In this document: piece after piece, positions 18,273 to 28,226 of the stretch
Position numbering within the stretch: the stretch's first letter is position 1
Layout of the letters: the number at the start of each line of letters is the position of its first letter
Source of the DNA: Gemmatimonadota bacterium
GTDB lineage: Bacteria > JBHIER01 > G020348925
NCBI GenBank assembly: GCA_020348925.1
Contig: CP070758.1
Coordinates: 948,469-1,012,468, forward strand
Direction of reading: 5' to 3'
DNA: 64,000 bases
The notes under the pieces: model-generated
The model's database searches: none
Seen by the model: only the letters and a program-made list of their open reading frames with translations
Told to the model about the DNA's origin: nothing
Program-made: the position numbers and the translations under genes

Positions 18273-21200
18273 TCACTTCAGCAATAACATCCTCTTAATG
18301 GACTGGAACTCACCGGTATCAAGCCTGTAGAAATAGACGCCACTGGTCACACCAGAAGCATTCCACTGGATCGAATGGAAGCCGGCTGTTTGATTTGAAT
18401 GAATGAGTACTGCTACGACTTGTCCCATTATGTTGTATATTTCGATCCTCACGTTCGCTGCTTCAGGCAGAGCGTACTCAATTGTTGTCACAGGATTAAA
18501 GGGATTGGGATAGTTCTGAGAAAGATGAAACTCAGTCGGTATCTGGTGGTCCGATTTTTCTTCGTCCCCTTCAACACCCACACCCCACTGAATCTCCACG
18601 TGCGCATAGCCCTGAACCACACCCGTTGCATCCGTTGCGGTGACCACATATACACCCCCTACTTCGCCGGCCGTATACAGTCCCGTTTCGTCTATCGTCC
18701 CCCCTGTGGCACTCCAGACTGGCATAAAATCAAGATTCAGATGAAACTGATCCAATCCTGTTGCTTCAAACCGCACCGTATCTCCAGGAGAGAGGAGGAC
18801 CGAGTCTGGCACCACGAAGATCTGCCTTAACACTGGTCCGTAAACAAGCACCGAAAACGAATCAGACTCAATAGTACCCGGATCTGTCTGCGAGACAGCA
18901 GTAACGATCACGTCGTCCATGGTACCTGTCTCTGTACCTCCGGGAACTGAAAGATAAATCGCTGCACCTCCTCCGAAACGTTCCTCAAGTGTCACCGTGA
19001 AGGTGGTTGGTTCCTGCACCCAGCCCAGATCATCTGTTGCGCTCACCTCCACCGTTTCCGTGGGATGCTGCCAGTTTCTTACAGCAATGAAGGCCGAATC
19101 TGTTTCACCTGAAGGGATATATACAGTATCAGCACCCGTGGAGAGGACCAGTGAGACCATTTCAGTGCGCCAACTGGCGAAATCCACACCCGCACTGACC
19201 TCATCCCCGGAACCGGGACCCTCACCGCCTGGGCCACTGGCGTCTCCCCACCAGTTGTTTCCAGCTGAAACTGTTATCTCAGGGGACATGTTTTTCAAAC
19301 CATATCCCTCATTGCCATATATATTGTTATCGCTTATGTCCGCATTGGCAGAATTCTCAAAGTACAGAGCACTCCCGGCGTCGCCGGTTATTTGATTGCC
19401 ACGGATAACAGCATAGGTATTGTCTAAATGGATACCGCTCATATCGCTTAAATTGTTCTCAAAGTTATTATTTTCTATTATTATTTTGTTCGTGGCATCC
19501 AGCTTGAGTACAAAGCTTTTTATTATCAATCCTTTTTGGTTATGATGAACATGATTCCCTAAAATATTTACGAATTCAATTCGAGAAGGCGTGAAATGCT
19601 GCCACTCTTGATGTATTTCCATACCAACATTGTTCTCAAAAATATTATTTGAAAGAATATATAATGCTCTACCAATGTTATAATTCAGATCCAATAAAAT
19701 ACCGATATCATTAAAAGCGATTAGATTGGGCAGATACCGGGTACTTAACGTGGAAGATGTTTCCCCGATCAAGAAACTGCCCCCACAAATCCTTATCCCA
19801 ATCCCATTGTGGAGATCAATTCTATCTCCATTCGTTCCTATAAGGTTCCCGATAAGTTTAGAGCCATAAGATTGATTGAGCAGGACACCCTCAACCGTAT
19901 TCCCTGAGATGATGTTCCTGTCGTTATCTTCATAACCACCAACCTGATTATTCGACGTTTCAGAAAAGACTATTCCGGTGCCATTCCCGACCGAAAAACC
20001 GCCATGCTTGTCCGTTCCGATTTTGTTTCCCAAAATCTTGTTGTTCTCAGCCTGCCTACCTCTGATTTCAATTCCAATGTCGTTCCCTGAAATAGTATTT
20101 CCTTCATTTTCGGATGATCCACCAATTACATTCATTTTTGATCTATTATGAATGAATATCCCCCATTCATTTTCTTTTGGATTGTCCCCATTTTTATTAG
20201 TACCGATCATATTGCCCAGTATCGTGTTATCGGACGATTCGTCTATATAAATCCCATAATCATTGAATGAAATAACATTCCTGTCTTCACTATTACTCCC
20301 ACCAATGACATTGTTGTTTGATTGATGAATTGATATCCCGTGAAAGTTCCCAACGTCTTTTTCTGAAGTCAAATCAGTACCAATCATATTGTGTTTAATT
20401 CTATTATCCCCATCAAATCTCTTATTCGAAATTTTAATCCCGAAGTAGTTACCAGAAATCAAATTACCAATGAATCTATCCTCCATAAAACCGATAGTGT
20501 TATTGAAGGAATCATTGATCTCAATACCAACTGCACCTGGTGACATGAATATTGCTTCATCTCCTGTAATATTCGACCCGATCAGATTCCCGACAATGCT
20601 ATTGAGATTGGCAGATTGTGTCAACAAGATCCCCGATTTCTTGTTCCCGGAGATCACATTATGGGCGATTCCTGTGAATCCGCCGATTACATTCTCATCC
20701 GCAAACTCAATTTTGATACCATGTTCTTCGTTTGCGAGCTGGTTCTCTCCATCGAAATCAACTCCGATCATATTGCCGCCAATAGTATTTCCCCTGGAAC
20801 CGTTTCCAATGATGTAAATTCCGTTTTCCCCGTTTCCCGAGATCAAATTATTGCCCGGGAGTTCTCCGAGAGTATTATCCCAAGCATTGATGAGCAGAAT
20901 ACCGTTCTGTTCATTTCTCAGCGGGTTTGTCCCTTCTCTGTCCGTTCCGATCAGATTACCGTTTATATAGTTCTCCGAGGCAGGACCTTCGATTTCGATT
21001 CCGTTTTCGCCATTACCGGATATCAGGTTGCCACCAATCGAGCCAGGCGCAGCATTTATGCCGATTATATTTCCTGATGAATTCAATATCTTTATACCAT
21101 TCTTTTCGTTCGGAAGTGCTTCTGTTCCACCAGTCACTGTACCTATATAAGCATTGAAGATCTGACTGAGTGTAGATGCCGTGCCCTCGATCAGAACACC

Positions 21201-24200
21201 ATTTTCTTGATTTCCGGAAATAATGTTGCCCGGAAAAGCACCATTATTTACTGAACTGATTCTGTTTGAATGCGAGTTGAAAATATGGATGCCATTTTTT
21301 TCATTTGGAATAGGGTTATCTCCGTCAAAGTTCGTACCGATCCTGTTATCGTTGATCGAATTGCCCTGGGTATCATTTTCCGAATCGCCACTTATGAATA
21401 TCCCATTTGCTCCATTACCGGAGATGAGATTTTGATGTATCCCGTTCAGTGAAGCTCCGTTGGTTATATGGACTCCATTATGCTTGTTTCTCATCTCTCC
21501 CAGACCGGCTTCGTCAGTTCCGATATAGTTATAGTGAACAGTATTGTTTATTGCTTCGGAACCGGATATGTATATGCCATCCTTTTCATGCAAGTTGATG
21601 ACGTTATTCGGCCCCGTGGATTCATACCCGACACTGTTCTCAGGGGCGTTGATGATCTTCACTCCATATTCGTTTCCTTCCAGCAGATTCCCTTCGATCA
21701 TATTCCCCGTTGCATCCTCGCCTTCAATCCTGATCCCTGAACCTTTGTTCAGGCTGACTTGATTTCCCAAGCCCTCGCCTGGTGAGAGTTCAAGGATCCC
21801 AATTCTATTTCTTGGGGCGGAGTTGATAAATATCCCATCGCCATCGTTCGCCTGAGCCCCTGTTTCTGGATCATAGATACCTATTCTGTTTCCTTTCAGA
21901 GAATTTGCCGATGACAGCACTCCCTTGATCTCGATGCCATGCCCCCTGTTTCCGGAGATGATGTTTCCACCGATCTCTCCTCCATCCGGCGCACCGCCCA
22001 CTGAATTTCCCCCTGAATTTTCTATCAGTATTCCATTCAGTGCATTGGAAATATCAAGGGACACATCGAAATCGGTCCCGATGTAATTCTTAGAGATCAT
22101 GTTTTCCCCGGTATTGTCGGTGCTCGAGCCTGAAATGTAAATCCCGTGTTCGAGATTCCCCGATATGACATTGTCGCTGACAGTATTTTTTGTGGCGCCC
22201 TTTTCAATTCGAAGACCATTGCCGCCATTGCCCGGATTTTCCACCATGTTCACTCGTGGACCGATTACATTATTCAATACTTTGTTGAATTTGGATCCGG
22301 TTCCGGTAATAACCAACCCATCCCCACCATTTCCGGATATGTAATTACCCTGCTCTCTTACAAGACCGCCTATGGTATTCCCGTTCCCGTCAGTGATCAT
22401 GATTCCAATGTGATTGCCGGCCACATCGCCCGCCTCAGTATCGGTTCCGATATAGCAGCCGCTGACTGTATTATTCCAGCTGCCGTCGATATGGATCCCA
22501 TTATCAAAATGCATGATAATCAGGTTTTGTATACTGCTTCCTGTTCCGTCAAATGTTATACTCAAACCGTCAGAATCGATAAGGTTATCGCCGTCGAGAA
22601 ATATATCCGGCTTTTGTTGATCATTCAGAGAGCCGGTTACTGTCACAGGGTCAGTCATAGGCGGCAGTTCACCTGACAGTGCGATAAAATGGATCTCCTC
22701 TTCGATCGGTATATCAAAAGTTATCTTGTCTTTTCCCTCTTTCGCGTTGGCTTCCATGATAGCGGCTCGAAGGGTACATTTCGGTTTGCCTTCTATCTCA
22801 GGACCGTCGCATTCGCATATCCCGTCACCAGGATCGATATCCTCATCATCATCGGTCGAATTCACCACAAGACCACTGCTGGCCACTGCAAAAGCATTCC
22901 CCCCTTCGTTAAATGTCAAGCCAAAAGCGAGCTCTCCATTATCATTAAAAATGGTGGGGTGACCATCCGCTCCGGTTCTGGCTCCGTCATGAAAGTCCGA
23001 AAATAACCAGGTTGCTTCAACTGTCCGAATATCGCCAGGGGCAACTTCGATCTCTTCGTCCATGATTGTGACCAGTTCCAGTCCATCGAGATTTCCGACC
23101 CAGAGACCCCACAATTCGCTCTCTGCGTCTATTGCCCAATCGTGAAAAGCTACCTGTCCACCGGCATTGACCGCTATTCTGGAAAAAATTCCATCAAATA
23201 CCATTTCGTCTTCCAAACCCGGCACTTGGTCTCCAACACGAATGATCTTCTTCAATCCTGTTTCATCCCCAGTCCATATGCCAGTCATCCCATCTGATGT
23301 AGCAGCCGACACTGATACCATTTCAGTATTGTGCAATACAAAATAATTGAAAGATGTGAATGTTGCTCCGTCAGCACCATCCGCAATATCTCCTATCGAT
23401 ACCACTTTTTGAAAATCTCCATTCTTCCTTATCGAAAAACCATTTTCGAACGTACCTTTATTCAGGATAGTGCCTGAAGCATTCAATCGCCAGGCACCGA
23501 AAGCAGAACTTGCCGGATCTGTGCCACTATCGATAATCTTCGAGGGTCCATCTGAAGGACTCCAAAAATAAGTGGCACCAATCTCGTCCCGCGTGTCTTG
23601 GTCAAATCCTTTCACCTGGAAAATCGTATTGCCCATCCCGTCAAGAGAATTTTCACTGTTGTACGATGCGTACGTACTATTCAAATAATCTCCAGCGATA
23701 TCAGTCATCGGATCCCCTTCCCTGGAAAGGATACGAAACCCTTCCGGTCCAAACATCGCGATCACCTCTGAATTACCGGTGTGGACATCTTCCCCCTCTA
23801 AAATTCCCAGGAATACAACTCTTCCGGCATTGAAGCTATAGACCGTAAACTGGTTTAACGACACCCCCGCTGAAACAGGCATACCGTCATACACGCTCAA
23901 CACCATGTCCCCATCATCTTCCATGAAGAATCCATGTGTGTAGGGTTCTTCTCCAGTCGGCGAATACTCAATGTCCACCCCAATTTGACCGGAAAGATCC
24001 ATATAGACTTTCTTTATGCGCGATGCGATCTGCCCGGGAAGAAAAGGGATCTCGTTTCCTCCCCTGATTAAAAGGGTGACTTCTTCATTTTCCTCAATCC
24101 AGTAACCGGTCCCATCGTTTTCGAGATAGGCATAAAAAATCACTCTGCCGGTATTGCTGATAGCGACCGGCCAGGGCCGTAACGTCGAGGAAAAGAGGGC

Positions 24201-24344
24201 TCCATCCGTTCCGGGGGCTCCTTCGCCGGAGACAATAACAATGCGTTTTTCATAGAGTGCATAGGACTTGATACCGTTGAAGAGAATCGAGAGAAAAATA
24301 ACGCTGGAAATGATGAAGAGTGTTTTCGCTCTGAAAGTTTTCAT
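18273..24344 (-). CDS. Large secreted surface protein: NxxGxxAF propeller repeats, CSLREA-type domain, long parallel beta-helix, Ig-like domains, T9SS-type CTD
   Basis: Likely start MKTFRAK at 24344 after an AAGGA RBS; CTLRAAIMEAN; many GNxIGT/GNxISGN repeats; SQNYPNPFNP...SGVYFYRL...KRMLLLK. Confidence 0.88.
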   Translation of the reverse strand: MKTFRAKTLFIISSVIFLSILFNGIKSYALYEKRIVIVSGEGAPGTDGALFSSTLRPWPVAISNTGRVIFYAYLENDGTGYWIEENEEVTLLIRGGNEIPFLPGQIASRIKKVYMDLSGQIGVDIEYSPTGEEPYTHGFFMEDDGDMVLSVYDGMPVSAGVSLNQFTVYSFNAGRVVFLGILEGEDVHTGNSEVIAMFGPEGFRILSREGDPMTDIAGDYLNSTYASYNSENSLDGMGNTIFQVKGFDQDTRDEIGATYFWSPSDGPSKIIDSGTDPASSAFGAWRLNASGTILNKGTFENGFSIRKNGDFQKVVSIGDIADGADGATFTSFNYFVLHNTEMVSVSAATSDGMTGIWTGDETGLKKIIRVGDQVPGLEDEMVFDGIFSRIAVNAGGQVAFHDWAIDAESELWGLWVGNLDGLELVTIMDEEIEVAPGDIRTVEATWLFSDFHDGARTGADGHPTIFNDNGELAFGLTFNEGGNAFAVASSGLVVNSTDDDEDIDPGDGICECDGPEIEGKPKCTLRAAIMEANAKEGKDKITFDIPIEEEIHFIALSGELPPMTDPVTVTGSLNDQQKPDIFLDGDNLIDSDGLSITFDGTGSSIQNLIIMHFDNGIHIDGSWNNTVSGCYIGTDTEAGDVAGNHIGIMITDGNGNTIGGLVREQGNYISGNGGDGLVITGTGSKFNKVLNNVIGPRVNMVENPGNGGNGLRIEKGATKNTVSDNVISGNLEHGIYISGSSTDNTGENMISKNYIGTDFDVSLDISNALNGILIENSGGNSVGGAPDGGEIGGNIISGNRGHGIEIKGVLSSANSLKGNRIGIYDPETGAQANDGDGIFINSAPRNRIGILELSPGEGLGNQVSLNKGSGIRIEGEDATGNMIEGNLLEGNEYGVKIINAPENSVGYESTGPNNVINLHEKDGIYISGSEAINNTVHYNYIGTDEAGLGEMRNKHNGVHITNGASLNGIHQNLISGNGANGIFISGDSENDTQGNSINDNRIGTNFDGDNPIPNEKNGIHIFNSHSNRISSVNNGAFPGNIISGNQENGVLIEGTASTLSQIFNAYIGTVTGGTEALPNEKNGIKILNSSGNIIGINAAPGSIGGNLISGNGENGIEIEGPASENYINGNLIGTDREGTNPLRNEQNGILLINAWDNTLGELPGNNLISGNGENGIYIIGNGSRGNTIGGNMIGVDFDGENQLANEEHGIKIEFADENVIGGFTGIAHNVISGNKKSGILLTQSANLNSIVGNLIGSNITGDEAIFMSPGAVGIEINDSFNNTIGFMEDRFIGNLISGNYFGIKISNKRFDGDNRIKHNMIGTDLTSEKDVGNFHGISIHQSNNNVIGGSNSEDRNVISFNDYGIYIDESSDNTILGNMIGTNKNGDNPKENEWGIFIHNRSKMNVIGGSSENEGNTISGNDIGIEIRGRQAENNKILGNKIGTDKHGGFSVGNGTGIVFSETSNNQVGGYEDNDRNIISGNTVEGVLLNQSYGSKLIGNLIGTNGDRIDLHNGIGIRICGGSFLIGETSSTLSTRYLPNLIAFNDIGILLDLNYNIGRALYILSNNIFENNVGMEIHQEWQHFTPSRIEFVNILGNHVHHNQKGLIIKSFVLKLDATNKIIIENNNFENNLSDMSGIHLDNTYAVIRGNQITGDAGSALYFENSANADISDNNIYGNEGYGLKNMSPEITVSAGNNWWGDASGPGGEGPGSGDEVSAGVDFASWRTEMVSLVLSTGADTVYIPSGETDSAFIAVRNWQHPTETVEVSATDDLGWVQEPTTFTVTLEERFGGGAAIYLSVPGGTETGTMDDVIVTAVSQTDPGTIESDSFSVLVYGPVLRQIFVVPDSVLLSPGDTVRFEATGLDQFHLNLDFMPVWSATGGTIDETGLYTAGEVGGVYVVTATDATGVVQGYAHVEIQWGVGVEGDEEKSDHQIPTEFHLSQNYPNPFNPVTTIEYALPEAANVRIEIYNIMGQVVAVLIHSNQTAGFHSIQWNASGVTSGVYFYRLDTGEFQSIKRMLLLK

Positions 24345-24378
24345 TGGTATGGTTCCTTTCAAAAAGATGATCATCAGT

Positions 24379-24545
24379 CTACCTGAGAAACAACATGCGT
24401 TTGGTGGCAATAAAGTCACAGGGATGAATGCGATAAAAGTAGACGCCACCTGCCACGTCGGACGTCTCCCACCGGACTGAGTGATAACCAGACAAACACG
24501 CCTCAATCACTGAGCTCGCACTCTCTGGTCCAGCGGATTGTGCAC
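24379..24545 (-). pseudogene. Frameshifted remnant of a T9SS-type C-terminal domain
   Basis: Reads VHNPLDQRVRA, then in another frame GYHSVRWETSDVAGGVYFYRIHPCDFIATKRMLFLR*. This parallels the CTD of the downstream gene. Confidence 0.8.
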
Positions 24546-24870
24546 ATTCGGTTCCAGCCGTTTGGCTTATCCATATCGAAGAACAATTAGTTCGATTTTA
24601 TTTGTTTGATTATAACTTGCACGTCGAACTTTTTTCTGAAATTCAACATATGGACAGGTTTATCTTTAAGTTACTCAATTATCTGCCGGAAATCAAGGGA
24701 AAATCGAATGAGCAGTGATTGTCTTTCTATTCTAACAATAAGCGAAATTGCATTTTACAGTACATCTATGTAATGTAGAGATATTTTCCCCAACTCTTTG
24801 AAGAGGAGTGACCATTTACGGCTGCTTTGCATTATTTTTGACAGAAACAAAGACTGTCCCTGATGGAGTG

Positions 24871-25240
24871 AAAGTGACGGTTATCTTTGATATTATTCAC
24901 TTTTGGGGAAGGGATTGATTTAATATCCTCCAATATTTTCAAGGAGTGATCCGTCGAACACACTCGGGTAAATTTTGGTTAAAATTCTTAGATCAGGAGA
25001 GCGGATAAAAGTTTTAAAATCATTTAATAAGGCCTGCTCTAGTCTCCCTATCTCTCAGTAATAGATAGACTTATAAAAATCTCCACTTTAAACAAGAATA
25101 AAAAACGTCGAACTTTTCAACCCGGGGGTCGCTGAAACTTTGTAGTAGCGACTAAAGGTGCTTGTTCTCAAAGAGAACCTTTACTTTCTTCCTTTCAACC
25201 AGAGTCAATGTTACTGTCAAAAGTAACAGAATTTGACTAT
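24871..25240. repeat. Non-coding dispersed repeat, copy 2 (direct orientation)
   Basis: Exact blocks at 24940, 25003 and 25048 match copy 1. Confidence 0.85.
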
Positions 25241-25385
25241 AAATAATCCTTACCATTTGAGTCCTTAAATAAGTACTCTCCCCCTTATAATAGGTTTTAC
25301 CTTGCTTTCAAATAAGAAACTGAATAGCTTAAAATAGACCTGTCCAGAACTGGATTCCTCCATAAAGGAGGCTTGGAGGCAAGTT

Positions 25386-25430
25386 ATGATCGGTGAAACC
25401 ATTTCCCACTATAAAATCCTTGAATCTTAA
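25386..25430 (+). pseudogene. 5' stub of a Hanks-type Ser/Thr protein kinase gene
   Basis: GGAGG RBS followed by MIGETISHYKILES*, the typical MIGxTISHYKILEKLG start of bacterial kinases, cut after 14 codons. Confidence 0.7.
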
Positions 25431-25460
25431 AAGATTCAAGACAATCAGAGGAGGCAAACG

Positions 25461-26561
25461 ATGATGAAACAGGCTTCTTTTATTGGTGCCATTGTCACTT
25501 TAATATTAGTGTTGACACATGTGTCTTCAGCAGATGTGCCTCAGCTCATCAACTTCCAAGGCAAACTGCATGACAATGCTGGTAATCCGTTGACCGGTCA
25601 GTACGAGATCACCTTTCGCATCTACACTGTAGAATCAGGAGGTACGCATATATGGACAGAAACAATCAACGTGAGTTGTAATAATGGACTGTACAATGTT
25701 ATTCTGGGATTGACAACCCCTATGAATCTCGATTTTGACGATGATTACTGGTTAAGCATCCAGATAACCGGAGATAATGAGCTCACACCCCGGTACCGGA
25801 TTGTGAGTGTTCCCGTGGCATTTCGAGCAGCGGTGGCTGAGTCGGCATATCGTGTAAGTTGGAGCAATTTGACAGATGTACCTGCCGGATTTGCTGATGG
25901 GATCGACAACGAGAGTGGTGGGGCTGGTAATGGTTGGGTAGACACTGGGAGCATAGTAAGATTAGAGACTGGGACAGACAGAGTCGGTATCGGGATGGAC
26001 TTACCGGAACACCGATTGGATGTAAAATCGTCTGGTAATATGGACGGAATGAGGGTTATCAGCAGTGATCACGATCAGTTGTTCAGAATAAGACAAAACT
26101 CTGACGGATCATGTGGTGTTTATATCTGTGATGAAGGTGGGAACGCCAATGTTTTTCTACATGGGTCTGGTACGAATTATTTTAACGCAGGTAACGTCGG
26201 GATCGGAAGGGTAAATCCTACGTATCCGCTACACATGGGCAGTGGTGCCCATTGCACTGCTGGCGGCGTCTGGACAAATGCTTCCAGTATCAAATACAAA
26301 GAGAATGTCGAAGACCTTCCAGTGAAGGACGCGCTTGAAACTCTTGCGAGTTTGAATCCGGTTACCTTCAACTACAAAATTGACAGCGACGAGAAACATG
26401 TCGGATTTATTGCAGAGAATGTTCCAGATCTCGTAGCCACACAACAAAGAGAAGGACTAAGCCCGATGGATATCGTGGCTGTTTTAACAAAAGTAGTTCA
26501 GGAACAACAGGAAACAATAGCAGCACTGCAAAAAGATATTGTTGAATTGAAAAAGCAATGA
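25461..26561 (+). CDS. Secreted fibre-like protein with C-terminal peptidase S74 intramolecular chaperone domain
   Basis: Signal peptide; VPQLINFQGKL; GNVGIG repeats; WTNASSIKYKENV...GFIAE followed by a coiled coil. Confidence 0.85.
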   Translation: MMKQASFIGAIVTLILVLTHVSSADVPQLINFQGKLHDNAGNPLTGQYEITFRIYTVESGGTHIWTETINVSCNNGLYNVILGLTTPMNLDFDDDYWLSIQITGDNELTPRYRIVSVPVAFRAAVAESAYRVSWSNLTDVPAGFADGIDNESGGAGNGWVDTGSIVRLETGTDRVGIGMDLPEHRLDVKSSGNMDGMRVISSDHDQLFRIRQNSDGSCGVYICDEGGNANVFLHGSGTNYFNAGNVGIGRVNPTYPLHMGSGAHCTAGGVWTNASSIKYKENVEDLPVKDALETLASLNPVTFNYKIDSDEKHVGFIAENVPDLVATQQREGLSPMDIVAVLTKVVQEQQETIAALQKDIVELKKQ

Positions 26562-27034
26562 GATTTGTTTGGGGGACTGCATTTGAATGTATTCTGCCAT
26601 TCTTGGTTGAAATAAACATTTTCTTTTCAAGTACGAAAATCATGTTTATCTTTGAAAACATGGACTTTTCGGAATAATTTTTTGACTCATCCTCAAAAAA
26701 TGCATAATATAAAAGAAAACCAATACTTTCATCTCATCTTGGAAAGTTTTATGTTCGAACCAAAATTGACTGCATTCACGAACGATATTTGGCCGAAATT
26801 TCACACCGAGGCTAATCAGCGCGAAGCAAAACAAGTACAAAACATAGTATTACTACATAACTCCGTAGTATATCTACACGCTGCAAAATCACCTCGTAGT
26901 TTTGTGCCGGTTGATTCGATTCTTAAGCAATTTTGCTGATTTTGTCTTTCTCTCGGTGAACAAAAAGTATGGCGACTGCAGTCCCCACCAAAAAAGTAAC
27001 ATTTGTAAGGAAGGTAAGTACCAATCTCAGTTTC

Positions 27035-27610
27035 TTAATTCAGTTTTCCAAACTGCAAGCATAAAGCAATGCCTCCAAAGGAGCGTTCGCTATTTATGTT
27101 GGAAAATACGTAAAGACCGAGTCTAGAAACACCACTATGTTTTTTAAATAATTGTACTTCTACTGGAAAACCGATAGTTGAATCGATATCGATCCTCTTT
27201 CCTTTTCCGAACAAACCCGGCTGCCCTATATATCGAGACCCAGTTACTCTTGCGAATCCCGCCGCAACAGAAATATGAGTTTTTTTACCCATTGAAGCTA
27301 TGCCTATGAGTACTCCAAGATCAAAAAACTCATCCCCACCACAAGCCAACCCAACACATTCAGAGTTTGCTGTGGTGCGCAAAGATACTAAAACTTGTGA
27401 AACTTGGACACTGAAACTTGCAACTCCTGCTAAAGATCCAAGCGAACTCAGACCTAATCCACCGTTCAGCCAAAAGACTGTCTTAGACGGATCTGATGGT
27501 GTCTGACCATAAGTAGTTTGAGAGTATGCTAAAGTTAAAAATGAGGCAATATACATCAGAAAATGATAAACAGGCATCTTATATCTTTCAAATTTCATCT
27601 TTTTCTCCAA
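27035..27610 (-). CDS. Hypothetical secreted or outer-membrane protein
   Basis: 191-aa ORF with a signal-like N-terminus and alternating amphipathic strands; start uncertain. Confidence 0.55.
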   Translation of the reverse strand: MEKKMKFERYKMPVYHFLMYIASFLTLAYSQTTYGQTPSDPSKTVFWLNGGLGLSSLGSLAGVASFSVQVSQVLVSLRTTANSECVGLACGGDEFFDLGVLIGIASMGKKTHISVAAGFARVTGSRYIGQPGLFGKGKRIDIDSTIGFPVEVQLFKKHSGVSRLGLYVFSNINSERSFGGIALCLQFGKLN

Positions 27611-27730
27611 GTGTCTGTTCTAAAACTCCANNNNNNNNNNNNNNNNNNNNNNNNNNNNNNNNNNNNNNNNNNNNNNNNNNNNNNNNNNNNNNNNNNNNNN
27701 NNNNNNNNNNNNNNNNNNNNNNNNNNNNNN

Positions 27731-28142
27731 AGTGATCTCCATCGTCGCACGGGCTCCCCGGAGCCAGGGTGTCATGGACGCACTGGACAAGCACAGAATC
27801 ACAATAATCCTCAGTACAGGAATTCCCGTCGTCGCAATCCAATCCCTCGCATGAGGAAACGCACGATCCCGTCCCCAGAATGACGTTGATAATTCCCAGA
27901 ACATCCAGGATGTTGGCCTGCCCATCACCATTACAGTCGGCGGCCCAGAACTCCTGGTCGCTGGGCGGTGGTGACGTCTCCAGGACAAAATTCACCGTCT
28001 GCAGAGCATCCAGGACATTGATCACCCCATCACCGTTGACATCACCCCTCTCCATCTGGGCAATGGCCGTCTGTGCTGACACGAACATACTCAGTCCAAG
28101 AAATAGGATTGAAAACCCTGCACGGAACACTCGCTTGACCAT
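27731..28142 (-). CDS. Secreted protein A: N-terminal dockerin plus Cys repeats, truncated by gap
   Basis: GAGGAGG before ATG 28142; GDVNGDGVINVLD...ADCNGDGQANILDV; CDDGNSCTEDYC. Confidence 0.85.
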
Positions 28143-28226
28143 GACACCTCCTCGTCCACAAAGTGTATGACTCAAATCAAATCTCTTTACAAATAGATTG
28201 CACAATCCCTACACTATTCGATGAAA

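Noticed and set aside
26851-26870. attC-like end (GTTATGT on minus strand) downstream of the 27035 gene
   Set aside because: No matching RYYYAAC arm was found at a suitable distance.
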